A stretch of DNA of 64,000 nt from Raja brachyura (lineage: Eukaryota). Each line of letters starts with the position of its first letter. Positions within the stretch are counted from its first letter, which is position 1. The stretch lies in the NCBI GenBank assembly GCA_963514005.1, contig OY740781.1, positions 30,132,001-30,196,000 on the forward strand, given 5' to 3'. A program made the position numbers and the translations under genes. Positions 50,771 through 63,210 of the stretch are shown here, in pieces. Below the pieces are notes generated by a model. That model saw nothing but the letters and a program-made list of their open reading frames with translations, searched no databases and was not told the origin of the DNA.

Positions 50771-52752
50771 CTTCCTATTTTAAACAGAAGACCAACTTTG
50801 GCCACTCCCCGGACCTCCAAGATCTTGCCTCGATGATCAGCAACTTACTTTTTAATTAAAGAAACAGAATGTTGGTCTAAACATGAAATCAACAACTTTT
50901 GATCAGAACCATGGTCTCCATTTCCCTAATCAACAGATGCTACCAATGGCTCTGCCGAAACGATCAAAATCTCCTGAAGACACTATTCAAGATGGCGCTG
51001 GAGCACGGTTATTCTTTGCAAGCTGGACCCATAATAGATATACTATCGTCCACTGCATCTTTAGTTTCTGGTCCCATAACAATAGTTTTGTCTTCTCCCA
51101 TAATTCTTCATTTAGTCATTTGTGCCTTCCACTCTTTCACTATTCTTTCTTTAATTTTTCCTAGCTCAGCGCCGCATGATTTAACAGTTTTGTATAATTT
51201 CCAGTTCTTTAACAGTTTTCTCTCAATCAGAATCTTTACTATGCTTTCTTTCTATAGTTCCAGCCCAACCTGTTGACAGCTTATAAGCAATAAACATTAT
51301 TTAACCATGGAGGCATAGCCACCAAGCCTGATCCTGTACTTATTGAATTAATCAAAAATGCACTTATTTATATACGCTAGGAAAAGTCAACAAATGAATA
51401 TCCCGATTAATTTTTCATTCTCGAACTCTCACCCGGAAACCGAGTGCAATTCTATATCAACTTTTCCACCATATATCAGCTGTCAGCACAGACTTGGTAC
51501 GATAACTAAACATCCTGATCTAAGTGGTTCAACTGTATACGCGGCAGCAAACTTGTGAGCATGTTAAATAGTTATTTAATTCCCCAAGTTGAATTATAGT
51601 GTGAAAACTGTATAACATAATCAATTAATTCACAAGGATAAATTCATTTATGCCATTGATTAATATACCATGGAGAGTGAATATTATATATACTGAAATA
51701 ACCACATATCCTGTGTTGGACTAAATCACCTAAGCAAAAACAAAATATCAAAGACGGCTGTTGTCCAATGTTTCAAAAGTAGCTCTATATATAATATAAT
51801 TATAAGTTGTCAGTGCATTAAGGAGTAACCTAATCTTGAAGTTCAGCTGGCAAACTGCTTGAGTTCTAGTCTCGCAGTTTGTAATGTTATCTCTATTCCT
51901 TGATTAGATTACAGTCTTTTAATCCCCTCCCTGACAACCATCTAATATTTATTCGCAGTTTACTTAACCACCAATTTTTTGCAGTTTATGGTTCACAAGT
52001 GTACCAAGTTTTCAAATGGTACCCAATCTCCAAATGCAGCATATCGCCTCAGATAAAGTTATTAATGTTTGATTAAATAGAATTATTAATAGAAACTCAA
52101 TACATTGTTTGGTTAACATTTCATAAAGAAGAATATTAGAGAAGACTGCAATGATCAGCTTGTGCTAAAATTCAAAAAATAATAATTCCAATAAGTATTT
52201 TGGAATAGAACAAGCTTTTAAGGAAAGTTCCATAAGTTCATTAAAATTTATAGAAACTCCTTCTCCAACAAAAGAGTTTTGGTAATTGGAGGCACAAGAG
52301 CTCGCTGGAAAATGAAGCAACACGCAGTGTGCTGGTGGAACCGAGACATTAGTGATTGGTGGACTAAGGAGGGGTAAAAGGATGATTGACATCTGGTACT
52401 AGGTAGGTGAGGGGTGAGTTGGAGTTGGGGGAAAGAGGCACCTGGCAAATGGACGGAGGCAGAAAGAAAAAATAATGTAAACATAGAGAGACATGCAAGA
52501 GGAGGCGCGGAGAAGGTGGAGACGGATGCTGGAAAGTAATAATGGGAGCACAAGACGTCAGATTCCAGCACTGTTGGTCTTTTTTGTTCCTACTTATCAC
52601 CTTCCTGCAGCTGGTTCCACCTTCACCTTCCCCTCTCGTGGCATGACTCCCTCTTCCACCGTTGTATTTAGTTTAGTTTAGAGATACAACTAAATGGAAA
52701 CAGGCCCTTTGGCACACCAACTCCACACTGACCAGCGATCCCCGCACACTAA

Positions 52753-53357
52753 AGGGCCTGTCCCACTTATGCCATTTTTTAGGTGACTACAGGCGACTAG
52801 GCTGTCCCCACATGGTCGCCAGGGTGTCGCCTGTATGGTCGAGAGTAGTCTCCTCAGTCGTCCAAAGAGTGGTAGCGTCTTTCTGGTCGCCGCAGGATTT
52901 TCAACATGTTCAAAAATTTTAGGCGATAGTCGGCAACAGTGGATTGGCGCCAATAAGCGTAGCTTGACTTCTCCGGACGTAGATGCTGTCGTAGGTTGCC
53001 GCCATTGACGTAGTTTGTCACCGGTGCTGACGACTACCTATGTCAACCGGTGATAGGTACTGGCGACTGAATTGTCTTCAGTTGTCGCCGACAGGGTCGT
53101 AGCTTGTCGCGAGTGGACGTAGGTTGGCTTCGGTTGTCGCCTGAGTGGAAATAGGTTGTTGTAGGTTGTTGTAGGTGGACATCCTAATTGGACGCCAGTT
53201 GTCGGTAACTTGCCGTAGCTTGACGCTGACTAGGTGGTAGGTTGCTGTAGCTTGTCGTAGACATTGTCGCAGGGGGGTTCAATCGCCGGTTATTGGGCGA
53301 CCTGCTACGACTATGACAGTCGCCAGCAGTCACCTAAAAATTGGTGGGTCAGGCCCT
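52753..53357. mobile_element. PIF/Harbinger-type MITE inserted in a V-SINE
   Basis: TAA TSD (52750-52752, 53358-53360); TIR AGGGCCTGWCCCAC..TTTTTAGGTGACT. Confidence 0.85.
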
Positions 53358-54730
53358 TAACACTACCCTACACCAACTAGGGACAATTTACATTTATACC
53401 AAGCCAATTAGCCTACAAACCTGTATGTCTACAAGCCTTCACATCTTTCCTGTATTGGGGCAACCAGAAATGCACGCATCTGGCCTAACCAAAGTCTAAT
53501 AAAGCTGTATCATGACTTCCTGCTCTTATACTCAATGCTCAGATCAACGAAGTTGAACATACCATCTTAACTACTTATATTGCCATTTTCAGGGAGCTAT
53601 AGACTTGCATCCCAAAATCCCTATGTCTACCTCTTGCCATTAAATGTATGTAATCTATGACATATATGTAGTGCTATCTCGATTTCTAGCACTTGAGGAT
53701 GCCCTAAAGCTCTTGCAATTCATGTCCATGTAAACACTGTTAGTTATGGCTACAGAAATGGTTCAAAAGAATGGTATGAAACACTTTGTTTCATAAAATT
53801 CTGTACTTTGTTGAGCCTATGTTCCACGAATCTAACAGGGCAATGAGAAGTTCAGCAATTTCTCAAAAAAATAATGTTACTAAATGAGCAAACATTGCAT
53901 CATTAACATAAAAAATGATTGATAGTATTTATATGGATGAGAAGTAAATTAGAATATACAGTGCATTCAGAAAGTATTCAGACCCCTTTACTCTTTCCAC
54001 ATTTTGTGACATTACAGCTTTATTCTAAAATAGATTAATTTTTATTTTTTTTATCATCAATCTACACACAATACCCCATAATTAAAAAGCAAAAACAGGT
54101 GTTTAGAAATGTTTGCAAAGTAATTCAAAATAAATAACTGAAATATCACATTTACATAAGTATTCAGACCCTTTGATTTGACACTCAAAATTGAGCTTTG
54201 GTACATCCTGTTTCCATTGATTATCCTTGAGATGTTTCTATAACTCAATTGGAGTCCACCAGTGGTAAATTAAATTGATTGTATATGATTTGGAAAGGCA
54301 CACACCTGTCTATATAAGGTCCCGCAGTTGACAGTTCATGTCAGAGCAAAAACCAAGCCATGATGACGAAGGAAATGTCCGTAGACCTCCAAGACAGGTT
54401 TGTGTCGAGACACAGATCTGGGGAAGGGTATAAAAGAATTTATGTGGCATTACAGGTCTCGAAGAGCACAGTGGCCTCCGTCATTCTTAAATGGAAGAAT
54501 TTTGAATCCACCAGGACTCTTCATAGAGCTGGCACCCCCGGCCAAACTGAGCAATCGGGGGAGAAGGGCCTTGGTCAGGGAGGTGACCAAGAACCTAATG
54601 GCCACTCCAACAGAGCTCCAGAATTCCTCTATGGAGATGGGAGAAACTTCCAGAAGGACAACTATATCAACAGTACTCCACCAATCAGGCCTTTATGCGG
54701 CAACCAGTCAGGCCTTTATGAGGCCTTTAT

Positions 54731-57700
54731 CAGGTTTTTTTGCGGCAACAGACGGGATTCCAGGATGGTGTGCTGCCTTCCTGGTGCCAGGATCCAGGAT
54801 GTTACGGACAGAGTGCAGACAATCCTCAAGGGCGAAGGTGAACAGCCGGAAGTGGTCGTGCATGTTGGCACAAATGATGTTGGAAAGAAGGGGATGAATA
54901 TTTTGCAACGGGACTTCAGAGAGCTTGGAAAAATGCTGAAAAGCAGGACTTCCAGGGTTGTTATCTCCGGTTTGCTTCCAGTTCCTCGTGCTGGCGAGAG
55001 CAGGAACAGGGAGATACGGGACCTGAATGTGTGGCTGAGGAACTGGTGCAGGGGGCAGGGATTTACATTCTTAGATCACTGGGATCTGTTTTGGAGTAAG
55101 GGGGAACTGCACAAAAGGGACGGATTGCATCTTAACAGGTGGGGGACCAGCATTCTGGCCGGCAGGTTTGCCACTGCTACACGGATGGTTTTAAACTGAA
55201 TAAGGGGGGTGGGGTGTCAAATGGGATAATCGAGAACGGAGTTAAAGGGAAAGAGAGTAAAGGGATGGTTAATGACCCCAGAATTAATGGGAAAGAAAGC
55301 TCACAAAGGGATAGGAGAGTATGGCCAAGTGTAATAGGGATCGATGTGAAAGGGGCCACTTGTCAACATAATTGTATAAGGAGTAAGAGTGTTGTAAAAA
55401 CAAGCCTGAAGGCTTTGTGTCTCAATGCGAGGAGCATTCGTAATAAGGTGGATGAGTTGAAGGTGCAGATAGCGATTAATGACTATGCTATAGTTGGGAT
55501 CACGGAGACATGGCTCCAGGATGACCAAGGCTAGGAGCTGAACATCCAGGGATATTCAATATTCAGGAGGGATAGACAAAAAGGAAAAGGAGGTGGGGTA
55601 GCGTTGCTGGTGAGAGAGGAGATTAATGCAATAGAAAGGAAGGACATTAGCGTGGAGGATGTGGAATCGATATGGGTAGAGCTGCGAAACTCTAAGGGGC
55701 AGAAAACGCTAGTGGGAGCTGTGTACAGGCCACCTAACAGTAGTATTGGAGTTGGGGATGGCATCAAACAGGAAATTAGAAATGCGTGCAACAAGGGTAA
55801 CACGGTTATAATGGGTGACTTCAATCTGCATGTAGATTGGGTGAATCAAATTGGCAGGGCTACTGAGGAAGAGGATTTCCTGGAATGTATGCGGGATAGT
55901 TTTCTCAACCAACATGTGGAGGAACCAACGAGAGAGCAGGCTATTCTAGACTGGGTATTGAGGAAGGGTTAGTTAGCAGTCTTGTTGTGCGTGGCCCCTT
56001 GGGCAAGAGTGACCATAATATGGTTGAGTTCTTCATTAGGATGGAGAGTGACAAAATTAAGTCAGAAACAAGGGTTCTGAACTTGAACAAAGGTAACTTT
56101 GAAGGTATGAGATGTGAATTGGCCACGATAGACTGGCAGGTGATTCTTAAAGGGTTGACAGTGGATGTGCAATGGAAGGTATTTAAAAACTGCATGGATG
56201 AAGTACAAAAGTTGTTCATACCAGTTTGGCAAAAGAATAAATCGGGGAAGGTGGTGCATCCATGGATAACAAGGGAAATCAGGGATAGTATAAAAACAAA
56301 AGATGAGGCATACAAATTTGCCAGAAAAAGCAGCCTACTGGAGGACTGGGAGAAATTCAGAATCCAGCAGAGGAGGACAAAGGGCTTAATTAGGAAAGGG
56401 AAAATAGATTATGAAAGGAAACTGGCAGGGAACATAAAAACTGACTGCAAAAGTTTTTATACATATGTGAAGAGAAAGAGACTAGTTAAAACAAATGTTG
56501 GTCCCTTGCAGTCAGAAACAGGTGAATTGATCATGGGGAACAAGGATATGGCAGACCAATTGAATAACTACTTTGGTTCTGTCTTCACTAAGGAAGACAT
56601 AAATAATCTGCCGGAAATAGCAGTGGAACGGGGGTCAAATAAGATGGAGGAACTGAGTGAAATCCAGGTTAGCCGGGAGGTGGTGTTGGGCAAATTGAAC
56701 GGATTGAAGGCCGATAAATCCCCAGGGCCAGATAGTCTGCATCCCAGAGTACTCAAGGAGGTAGCCACAGAAATAGTGGATGCATTAGTGATAATTTTTC
56801 AAAATTCCTTAGATTCTGGAGTAGTTCCTGAGGATTGGAGGGTAGCTAATGTAACCCCACTTTTTAAAAAAGGAGGGAGAGAGAAAGCGGGGAATTACAG
56901 ACCAGTTAGTCTAACATCGGTAGTGGGGAAACTGCTAGAGTCAGTTATTAAAGATGGGATAGCAGCGCATTTGGAAAGTGGTGAAATCATTGGACAAAGT
57001 CAGCATGGATTTACGAAAGGTAAATCATGTCTGACAAATCTGATAGAATTTTTCGAGGATGTAACTAGTAGAGTGGATAAGGGAGAACCAGTGGATGTGT
57101 TATATCTAGACTTTCAGAAAGCTTTCGACAAGGTCCCGCATAAGAGATTAGCATACAAACTTAAAGCACACGGTATTGGGGGTTCAGTATTGATGTGGAT
57201 AGAGAACTGGCTAGCAGACAGGAGGCAAAGGGTAGGAGTAAACGGGTCCTTTTCAGAATGGCAGGCAGTGACTAGTGGGGTGCCGCAAGGCTCAGTGCTG
57301 GGACCCTAGCTATTTACAATATATATTAATGATTTGGACGAGGGAATTCAATGCAACATCTCCAAATTTGCAGATGATACCAAGCTGGGGGGTATAGTTA
57401 GGTGTGAGGAGGATGCTTGGAGGCTGCAGGGTGATTTGGATAGGCTGAGTGAATGGGCAGATGCATGGCAGATGCAGTATAATGTGGATAAATGTGAGGT
57501 TATCCACTTTGGCGGCAAAAACATGAGGGTAGACTATTATCTGAATGGTGGCAGATTAGGAAAGGGGGAGATGCAACGAGACCTGGGTGTCATGGTACAC
57601 CAGTCATTGAAAGTAGGCATGCAGGTGCAGCAGGCAGTGAAGAAAGCCTGTCACAGGGGGTCACAGCCTAAGGATAAGGGGGAATTCCTTTAGGACCGAA

Positions 57701-57964
57701 ATGAGGAAAACATTCTTTACACAGAGAGTGGTCAGTCTCTGGAATTCTCTGCCACAGAAGGTAGTTGAGGCCAGTTCATTGGCTATATTTAAGAGGGCGT
57801 TAGATGTGGCACTTGTGGCTAAAGGGATCAGGGGGTATGGAGAGAAGGCAAGTACGGGATACTGAGATGGATGATCAGCCATGATCACATTGAATGGCGG
57901 TGCAGGCTCGAAGGGCCAAATGGCCTACTCCTGCACCTATTTTCTATGTTTCTATGTTTCTCTA
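54731..57964 (+). mobile_element. 5'-truncated long CR1 LINE (ORF1 esterase + ORF2)
   Basis: VHVGTND..DGLHLN; APE and RT motifs; in-frame TAG at ~55532 and ~57307; deletion near 57650; (TTTCTATG)n tail. Confidence 0.95.
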
Positions 57965-58616
57965 TGGTAGAGTGGCCGGACAGAAACTACTCCTCAGTAA
58001 AAGGCACGTCAGCCCACTTGGAGTTTGCCAAAAGGCTCAAGGATCTCTGGTCTGAAGAAACCGAGATTGAACTCTTTGGCCTGAATGCCAAGTGTCATGT
58101 CTGGAGGAAACCAGGCACCACTCATCATCTGGCCAATACCATACCTACGGTGAAGCATGGTAGTGGTAGCATCATGCTGTGCGGATGTTTTTCAGCGGCA
58201 GAAACTGTCAGGATCAAGGGAAAGATGAAAGGAGCAAAGTACAGAGAGATCCTTGATAAAAACCTGCTCCAGAGCATTCAGGACGTTAGACTAGGGCGGA
58301 GGTTCACCTTCCAACAGGACAACGACCCTAAGCACACAGCCAAGACAATGCAGGAGTGGCTTTGTGACATGTCTGTGAATGTCCTTGAGTGGCCCAGCCA
58401 GAGCCCGGATTTGAACCCGATCGAATATCTCTAGAGGGACCTGAAAATAGCTGTGCATTGACGCTTCCCATCCAACCTGACAGACTTTGAGAGGAACTGC
58501 AGAGAAGAATGGAAGAAAGGAAGAAATTACCCAAATACAGGCGAGCCAAGCTTGTAGCATCATACCCAAGAAGACTTGAGGCTGTAATCGCTGCCAAAGG
58601 TGCCTCAACAGATTAA

Positions 58617-58833
58617 TGCCCCTGTCCCACTTAGGAAACCTGAACGGAAACCTCTGGAGATTTTGCGCCCCAACCAAGGTTAATGTGCGGTTTCAGTGCG
58701 GTTCCCGGAGGTTTTCGTCAGTCTCCCTAATGGTCGAAACTGGCAAAAACCTCCGGGAACCGCACGGAAACCTTGGGCGGGGCACAAAGTCTCCAGAGGT
58801 TTCCTTTCAGGTTTCCTAAGTGGGACATGGGCA
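58617..58833. mobile_element. 217-bp near-fully palindromic Harbinger-type MITE
   Basis: TAA TSD (58614-58616, 58834-58836); arms TGCCCMTGTCCCACTTAGGAAACCTGAA pair almost to the centre. Confidence 0.88.
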
Positions 58834-59617
58834 TAAAGGGTCTGAATACTTATGTAAATGTGATATTTCAGTTATTTATTTTTAATTTATTTGCGAAAAT
58901 TTCTAAGCACCTGTTTTCACTTTTTTTATTATGGTGTATTGTGTATAGATTGATGATTAAAAAAGAATTTAATCCATTTTAGAATAAGAGTGTAACGTTA
59001 CAAAATGTGGAAAAAATGAAGTGGTCTGAATACTTTCTGAATGCACTGTAGATTTTTAACATTGTTTACCTGTGCAGATCTAAGGTGGTGATTAACAGTC
59101 TGGTTGGAAAATCATATTTGGTGGTGTCGACCACATATTTTTTATTGGTGTGATTTAAGGTAGGTTCTCCAAAAATCATCAAAAGTAGCTGAAGAATTGG
59201 CATCTAAAGAGTGGGCTGGAAAGGCAGAATGGCCCTCATCTGTGCTATGATATACCTATTTATTCATCATATGTCCTTGAAATCTTTACTTTAAAAAAGT
59301 CTATTCATCACTATTTTGAAAACTGCAACTGTCACAGCTATTTGGGACATGGAATTTGGGGTAAGGGAAAGAGTTCCAAATTTTCGTTAGCTTTTTCATA
59401 TGCTTCCTCATTCTTAACTGTTTTAGGGCTAATATTAACACTATGTCCCATTATTTATTCTCCAGAAGAGGTAAGAATTTCTCTAGTTCAAATGCAAGAA
59501 CACAAATCAAAATTAAGCAATCTGTATGCGAGTTAAGAACACAAATCGGTACAGCACAAAAATAGGTCCTTCAGCTCACAATGTCAATGTTGATCCAGAT
59601 GCCAATACCAATTCTTA

Positions 59618-60180
59618 AGGGGCTGTCCCACTGCGGCGACCTAATTGGCGGGTTTAGAAGAGTTTGCCCTCGATTCATACTCACAGCATTGTCAACACGA
59701 GGTTCTAGGAGGTTTTGTAACTCTCCTTCATGCTCGAGAGTAGTCCCCGCATACTCGAGGCCTCAGCTAGGTCGCGGTGTATTTTTCAACATGCTGAAAA
59801 ATGCCCACGAGTAAAAAAAGGTCGTCATGAAAAAAAAATCAATACTTTTTTTACTCGTAGATTTAGTCGAAGTAGGTCGTAATAGGTCGGCATGTTATTC
59901 GTAGGTAATCGAGGGTAGTCGAGGGTAGTCGAAGGTAGTTGTAGATAGTTTTCAACATTGTCGAAGGGAGGTCGAAGGAGATCGAAGGAGGTCGTCTTCA
60001 CTCTCCACTATTCGGTGTCCAATTTTCCCGATGCCTGTCGAAGCTAATCGAAGCTAGTCTTCAACATAGTCGAAGGAGGTCTTCTACATAGTCGAAGGAG
60101 GTCTTCAACATGACACTTTTTCAAGCTCTCCTAAACTCTTCTAAACTGGCCAATTAGGTCGCCGCAGTGGGATAGCCCCT
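59618..60180. mobile_element. PIF/Harbinger-type MITE
   Basis: TTA TSD (59615-59617, 60181-60183); 48-bp TIR AGGGGCTRTCCCACTGCGGCGACCTAATTGGC.. with 3 mismatches; internal GTCGAAGG repeats. Confidence 0.88.
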
Positions 60181-60344
60181 TTACCTTCCTGCACATAATC
60201 CTGCCTCTCCAATACTTGCATGTTCATATGCCTATCCAAAATTCTTTTAAGTGCCACTATTGTATCTGTCTCCACCATCACCTCAGGCAGCACGTTCCAG
60301 GGAGTCACCACTCTGTGCAAACAAATTGCCCTGTTGATCTGATC

Positions 60345-61495
60345 TGATCATTGTTTAGCTCATCTTATTCCAACCTACAGGCAGAAACTAAAATCGGCTA
60401 AACTTGTGGTCAGAACAATGAAAAGGTAGACAAGTGATGGAATTGAAAACCTACTGTCCTGCTTTGACTGCACTGATTGGAATATGTTCAGTGAAGCAAC
60501 CACAAGCCTCAATGAATATACAGACACTGTGACATCATACGTCAGCTTTTGTGAGGACAGTTGCATTCCCACTAGGACCTGGATCAGGTTCAACAACGAC
60601 AAGCCTTGGTTTACAGCAGAACCCAGACAACTCCGACAGTATAAAGATGAGGCCTACAGGAGCGGGGATGCAGACTTCTATGGGCAGGCCACGTACAAGC
60701 TGAAAAGAGGAATCAGAGCTGCCAAGGAAAGGTACTCTGAGAAGTTGAGGAGCAAGTTCTCAGCTAATGACTCATCTTCAGTGTGGAAGGGCCTGCAAGA
60801 AATCACCAGCTATAAGAGGGAACCTCCCCCACCACTATTCTTTGGACAATCGTCAGCTGACCAACAACCTGAACGGGTTCTACTGCAGGTTTGATAAACA
60901 GAAACATAACCCTGGTACCTCCTCCCCCTCTCCCCCATCCACTCCTCCCCATTCACCACTTCACATCCTGACTCCAGCTTGCAAATACTGGATCCTCCTC
61001 CACTATCCACACCCTCCTTGCTGCCCAAAATCAGTCTGGCCACTTCTCAATCAATAACAATAGCAATTCAGGAGGTGGAAAAGCTATTCAGAAGACAGAA
61101 AAGCCGGAAATATCCAGGATCGGACAATGTTTCCCCCTCTATCTTCAAGCTCTGTGCCGAACAACTGGCACCAGTCTACACAGACATTTTCAATCAGTCC
61201 CTGCAAACCTGCACTGTCCTTGCCTGCTTCAAAGTCTCCACTATTGTTCCTGTACCCAAAAAGCCAAGGATTAATGGTCATAATGAGTACAGGCCTGTCG
61301 CACATACCTCTGTAATTATGAAAATCCTTGAAAGACTTGTGCTGGCCCATCTGAAAAGTATCACAAACCCTCTGCTGGACCCCCTGCATGTTTTATTTTT
61401 TTTATTGTATACTGTATTTCATGTTTTTTTTATCCTTGGGAGTAAAGCACCAAATTCCTTGTATACTTGGCAAATAAAATGTATTCAATTCAATT
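60345..61495 (+). mobile_element. Rex1/Babar LINE fragment with internal deletion
   Basis: [43 protein letters not shown]; AATAAA + (ATTCA)n tail. Confidence 0.85.
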
Positions 61496-62054
61496 AATCT
61501 CTTTTAAACTTTGCCCCTCTCTCCTTAAAGCTATGCTCTCTAGTATATGATATTTCCATCCTGGTGATATTTTCATCCCGGGAGAAAGGTTATGACTGCC
61601 TACCCTATCGAAGCCTCTCATAATTGTGTATACTTCTATTCGATCTCCCCTTAACTTCCGCTGTTTCAGAAAAAACAATCCCAGTCTGTCCAACCTCTCC
61701 TTGTAGTTTATACTCCTAATCCAGACATCATTTTAATTAAACTCTCTCTGCACCCTTTCCAAGGCGGCCACATCCTTCCTGTATTGAGGCAACCAGTACT
61801 GCACACACCATACTCCAATAATGGCCAAAGTTCCACAAAGCTGCATCATGATTTCCTTCTCTTATATTCGATGCCATTCGATGCTCACCATTAATTCCAC
61901 GCACCTTTAGTTCCAAAATAGTGTTGGTAAAAATAATGCATCCTCCAAAACTAATCAATTGTACTCAAAATCGAGCATAAAAGGGGTTAGACCAAAACTG
62001 CAAAGAACTGAAACACTACTTTCTTGCTTTTGAAATCAAGGACCGGAGTCCATG

Positions 62055-62345
62055 TCTCAAAAAAAGGAGCCAGCATCATCAGAGACCCACACCACCCTGG
62101 CCACACATTCATTTCACCCCTACAATCGGAAAGAAGGTGCAGGAGCCTGAAAACTGTAACGTCCAGGTACAGGAACAGCTTGTTCCCTACAGCCATTAGG
62201 CTATTAAACATTACAACCACCAAAAAGCTCAGAACTGCAGAGACTATTATTGCACTATAATTGTTTGTTTTATATATATCACACACACACACATATATAA
62301 TTTGTGTATTTGTGGGAAATATGACAATAAAACACTCATGACTCG
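62055..62345 (+). mobile_element. Rex1-type 3' end fragment
   Basis: IIRDPHHPGH..RYRNSLFPTAIRLLN; GACAATAAA tail. Confidence 0.7.
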
Positions 62346-62490
62346 TTTTTAATTGCATTTTAACACCCAAGTTCATTTGTTCTTTCAGAATTGCTATGAC
62401 GTCAATTTTCACCTGCCTTGGAAGCAAGTGGGTGAACATAAACTTCTTCACTTTGAATTTAATTTGCATAATCCTGATTACAAACATATC

Positions 62491-62608
62491 TTCTTCTTCT
62501 TTAGGCCTTTGCTTCTCTAGGGAGCATAGGCCATTGACAAATGTCCTCCACCTCACTCAGTTGTTGGCAGTTCTTTCGAGATCTCCCCAGTTCAGCACAC
62601 TCTCAGAC
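62491..62608 (-). mobile_element. 118-bp RTE 3' end insertion
   Basis: 14-bp TSD ATTACAAACATATC (62477-62490, 62609-62622); WRTFVNGLCS; (GAA)n tail. Confidence 0.8.
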
Positions 62609-63020
62609 ATTACAAACATATCCAAAACCAATTTTTTTCCCCATCATATGCACCCCAACTATGCTTTCTGTTCTGTGGTTATTCTCACCTATGTGCTAAT
62701 TCTAGATCAAGTCCCAATATCTGCCACCCCATGGCTTTCAGAATTAAATCTGCAAGTTCTATAACAATAGAGCCATAGAGTGATATAGTGTGGAAACAGG
62801 CCCTTCAGCCCAACTTGCCCACACCAGCCAACATGTCCCAGCTACACTAGTTCCACCTGCCAGCATTTGGTCCATATTCTTCCAAACCTGTTTTATCCAT
62901 GTCCCTGTCTAACTGCTTCTTAAATGTTGGGGTAGTGCCTGCCCCAACTACCTCCTCTGGCAGCTTATTCCATACATCCACCACCCTTTATGTAAAAAAG
63001 TTACCCCTCAGATTCCTACG

Positions 63021-63210
63021 AGGGGGAGACTAGAGGTACTCTTCCCATACCTCTAGTTTCCCCCTCCCTGACTCTCAGCCTGATGAAAGGTCTTGACCCG
63101 AAACCTCACCTATTCGTTTTCTCCAGAAATGCTGCCTGACCCGCTGAGTTACTCCAGCATTTTGTGTCTATCTTCGGTGAAAACCAGCATTTGCAGTTTC
63201 TTCTTACACA
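63021..63210 (+). mobile_element. Penelope pLTR with 5' foldback and variant hammerhead core (63080-63107)
   Basis: CTGATGAAAGGTCTTGACCCGAAACCTC; 63021-63038 is the inverted copy (17/18) of 63048-63065. Confidence 0.75.

Larger units (their letters stand above)
53959..59048 (+). mobile_element. Tc1 transposon (same family as 32008) carrying nested CR1 and MITE
   Basis: TA-flanked CAGTGCATTCAGAAAGTATTCAGACC TIRs; transposase halves at 54360-54697 and 57965-58610. Confidence 0.95.

Noticed and set aside
55987-57309. 440-aa ORF as a functional gene or active RT
   Set aside because: Part of a CR1 ORF2 broken by stops, a frameshift and a 3' deletion.
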